In this document: positions 60,248 to 64,000 of the stretch, piece by piece | Layout of the letters: the number at the start of each line of letters is the position of its first letter | Numbering within the stretch: position 1 is the stretch's first letter | Assembly (NCBI GenBank): GCA_030390025.1 | Contig: CM059431.1 | Coordinates: 131,938,001 to 132,002,000, forward strand | Direction of reading: 5' to 3' | DNA: 64,000 nucleotides | DNA from: Squalus acanthias | Lineage: Eukaryota | Program-made: the position numbers and the translations under genes | Notes under the pieces: generated by a model | Told to the model about the DNA's origin: nothing | Seen by the model: only the letters and a program-made list of their open reading frames with translations | The model's database searches: none

Positions 60248-62208
60248 AATATTACTGACCAACAGGAACACATCATTGGTTTAATTTTATTTTTAAAACC
60301 TTGCAGCTCCATGCACATCCACAAGAAGCACATGTGACATACAACAAAAGGAAATGTTTGTTGGGCATCATATTACAAGCTCTGGGATTTGTGCTCATAG
60401 TCTATTTCTTTTCAGCAAAATTATCTAAGCATTAGAATGTAGCCTGATGGAGGGGTTCACCTTGCCTGTTGCACTGTGGACTAGTAGGACAAAGGATCAT
60501 ACCCATGGGTTTCCAGGTTTGCAGGGGAAACCCATCTGGGCCACGCATCTTTTGTTGGCTGTCTTGTTTCGTCATATGCTTTTTTCATGGGGCCATTTAG
60601 TGCAGAGCAGGGTCTGAGTGAGATTTAAATAATTTGATTTAAATGGTGAGAATATTTTTTCTCAGGCTATATTGTTCTCACATGAAAGGGGGGTTTATGA
60701 TCCAGGTTAATGCAAAGCGTCACTAAAATGTGGCTTTGACAAGACTGGGCGACGTGTAAAGGATGGAATTAATGCAGGGTCGGTGCCCTGGCTATTGGCT
60801 TTGCCCATGGGATCCTGCAGAAATGTAGTACATTGTTTAATTAGGTCTTTATCTCACTACAAATGGCTATCACATGAACCTGTTTTTATCCTTCAGTTCT
60901 GCAATGTGATCTATCAGCACACAGGGATGAAAGGCAATGAAGCACGCATTCAAGTTTGCTATTCTACATGGGCTGTAGGAATACAGCGACAGTGAAATCA
61001 TTCCACTACTGGAAAGTTTCAGATTGTTTACTCTTTAAAGTCACAGAATGCCTTAACTTAGCATTGTTGGTGGCAGAATCAGAAATAATATTGTGATTCG
61101 GCTGCTGAGCTGCTTAATAAAACATTATTTTAAATAAATAATTTCACTATAAGTTCTTCAGTAGTGCTGTTGCTTCCCTTTGGAGGCTGATGTTCTGTAC
61201 ATGGGTGGACATTCCACCCACCTGCAGAAACCCTTGCTCCCTAGGCAGCATGTCATGTAATGACAGGTGCAATACAACCTGGATTAGGGAATCAGCCCCA
61301 AGTACTTCAGTATTAAAAATATACAATATTTTTCAAGTTTCTTTTGAGATACTTTACCCTAAGGAGAAATGTTGGGTACATTTATCAATCTGGACTGAAT
61401 GCCAGTGATAGAGTTTCACACCCCAATACTCCTGTGAAACTTTCTGTCACACAATGTCATCCCCAGACCGTCTGATTCAGAGAAAACCCTCACTTGGTGA
61501 ACCAAGCTTGGTAGAGCATGCATTAGGTTATCGGAAATCTGGACCTTGCCTGTCGATACCCAGTATAGTTTCTCCCAGTATTTCTGGTTACCTCTGGCTG
61601 CACACTATTGTAAATGCCACCTTTTAAATATATAAAATATTAAAAAGGGATAGTGGGGCCCAGACCTCATTTTACTCATTCTTAGAGTTGGTAAAAGAGT
61701 TAAAATGGTAGATTTCATTTCTGTCAGTAGTATGAGAGCCCCAGGCAGCAAAGAAATGTGCTGCGCTACAAATTTTCTGAGGGCAGACAGGCAGTCAGTA
61801 AATAAAATGAATTTCAGCCTCTGCTGTAGGGATTTGTTCTAAATATTTTAGGAAGGTAAGAAATTGAATGATGTAAGAGGGGTGATCATCACAGCCCTCT
61901 TATATCCCATTTACTTTGTGACAGTCCTATGGTTGGTGGCAAAGCAACACAGTAAATGATGCAGAATGGTGGCGTGGTGGATCGGCACACCACCAAAAGA
62001 GCCGGTGTCAGCACATAGCTCAGACATTAATATTTGCCAGCAGGTGCAGCCATGTTTTGTGGTGATGACAGCCTCAAGTGCTCATAACCACTCTTTATGT
62101 AGCAGCAAATTGATTTCATACCCAATGTCCTGTGGAGTACTGTCTCGAACAAAGAACAAAATATTGGTAATGTTTACCAAAGTGGGTCTGGAAGATAAAT
62201 GCACCATA

Positions 62209-63042
62209 AGGGTGGATTTTAAGGAGGGGGAGCGGGGGGGCACTGAGGCGGTCAGGAAATCAGACCTCCCGGGTTTCCCACAGGCCCTACTGACTTTAAC
62301 GGCAGGGCCTGATTTGCATGCAAGGCCTCAGTTTCCCGCCTGCAGCCAGCCAGATTGAGAGGCTCGCTGGCTGCGGGTGGGTAGGCCTGTGGCACTAGGC
62401 CGCACAGAGGAGGGAGGGGGAGGGATTGGACCGGGCTGTTAAAAGGATTGAGGGAGGGGGGTCGTTCGGGGATCGGGCCGTGCCATTAAAAGGATCGAGG
62501 GAGGGGTGTCGGGCAGACGACCAGTGGGGGGTAGGGTGGTAGTGAGAGGATCGGGGCCAGATGATCGGGTTGGTGAAGGGAAGATCGCAGCCGGCCACCA
62601 GAGGATCGTAGCTGGCCTCAGCATCATCGGTGGGGGGGAGAAGGCCTGGGGGGTGATCGGAGGCCTCGTGGGGGAATCTCTGATCTCAGGGGGGTGGGTT
62701 AGGTAGGGACCCTGAATCCAGGAGGTAGGTATCTCCTGGCACTTACCTCCTGGATCCAGCAGCCCTTGTCTTGCTGTAGCTGCCGGGTTTTATGAATTGT
62801 GTAAAACCCATCCACATGCAGTTAAAAACAAAATGGAGGTTAAAAACGAGGCTTCCAGCCTCATTATAATATTTAAATTGACGTCCCCCTCCTAGGAGCA
62901 GCTTGGCTGCCCGCCCCGTCCCGCCTCCGTTAAAATCGGAAGTGGGCAAGTTGGAGGTGGGTTCAGGTTGGGAATCCCATTTTTAACAATTTAACTACCC
63001 CCACGCCCCCAACCCATCCATTTTTATAGGTTAAAATTCCCT
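62209..63042. mobile_element. MITE family C, complete copy
   Basis: Imperfect TIR AGGGTGGATTTTAA / TTAAAATTCCCT; inverted homolog of 22473-23731; G-rich core. Confidence 0.7.
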
Positions 63043-63345
63043 GTCTGACTTAATATGCATTGTTAACTCGCTATAATTTTTCTGTTGTTGCCACTTTGTA
63101 TGTACTTCCTTTATGGCGTTAAGCATTTTACAATATTGCCTGAGGGTCCAGGTGCTGCAGAAAAGGCTCTATTTGGATTATGTGCAGCACCAGACAAGTT
63201 CATATGCAGGTTCATGGCTTTGTTTTTAGCAGCCGTACGTTCCCCAGTGAGGACTTTCCTTGTCTGTACTGGCAGGCTAAGTGGATCAATCTGCTGGTGA
63301 CCAGAAAAATTGACCATCTGCACTCCTAATGGCAATAATTATATT

Positions 63346-63691
63346 GGGCCGAAATTTGCGGTCCCTACGGGTGCATATGAGGTGCGTATGCGCTAAAACC
63401 CGGAACTTGAGATCTGTCAAGAATTTTCTTGACAGATCATTCGCATCCCCGGGAAAAGGGCATCCGCGGGCGGAGAGTTCTGCCCAGCAAATGCCCATGA
63501 AATTCTTATGTCTGGTAAAAGCAGGCGTAAGACTGCCTGCGCCCAGAGATACGTGGGACTCTACCCGCGGTACCCGGAGCGGCCCAGGACCGCGAGTTTC
63601 CGTGGATCCCGAGGCCCCAGGTACGCGGGCATTTTATTTGCGGATCGGAGGCATTTCCCCGTGGGAAGCCTCCGACCGCAAATTCAGGGCC
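63346..63691. mobile_element. Harbinger-type MITE (family D)
   Basis: GGGCCGAAATTTGCGGTC / GACCGCAAATTCAGGGCC; shares interior motifs with 33784-34694 and 59594-60247. Confidence 0.75.
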
Positions 63692-64000
63692 AATGTCATC
63701 ATTGGTGGTGCTGCCTCTGGAGGGGTCCACAAAAACAACATTGTTTGCTGAGTCTTAAACCCTTTCCTGCGCTTCCACTTCCACTGAAGTTGCTGTTGTC
63801 AACAGTTCTGTAAAGTGAACATAGCACGAGAACATTATTATAGGGAGGATAGGCTATTGCCACTTTTGTATTGTTAACTCACTTTCATTGGAAGTGAGTC
63901 AGCTCCAGTTGAAGTAGTTAAACTGAGTCAGTGCCAGTCGCTGCCAAATTACCCCATTTACACTGAGCCACAGATTTAGCAACAACAGGGAAACTATGTA

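Overview
This is eukaryotic, repeat-saturated intronic or intergenic DNA, most likely from a cartilaginous fish (shark-like). That assignment is inferred from the repeat spectrum: CR1 LINEs with esterase ORF1, L2 LINEs, DeuSINE-like SINEs and Penelope-like elements. I could not identify a host gene with confidence; there is one weak candidate terminal exon at 15364-15581 (-). The window is a stack of nested mobile elements. It holds more than ten CR1 fragments, including one young copy with an uninterrupted 1005-aa endonuclease/RT frame (55507-58524). A second LINE family appears to lack ORF1 and to start with a tRNA-derived Pol III head. There are more than a dozen PIF/Harbinger-type MITEs (nine with clean 3-bp TSDs), three Harbinger transposase relics, a pogo/Tigger-like MITE, one clear solo LTR and one probable one. 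Penelope-like fragments carry minimal hammerhead ribozymes, including a young 214-bp fold-back insertion with perfect 77-bp arms and a 12-bp TSD. Other features are MITE-borne G/C-rich minisatellites and a ~690-bp local duplication 9.9 kb apart. Boundaries supported by TSDs or TIRs were read base by base; other boundaries are approximate. Family names come from my own motif recognition, not from database searches.
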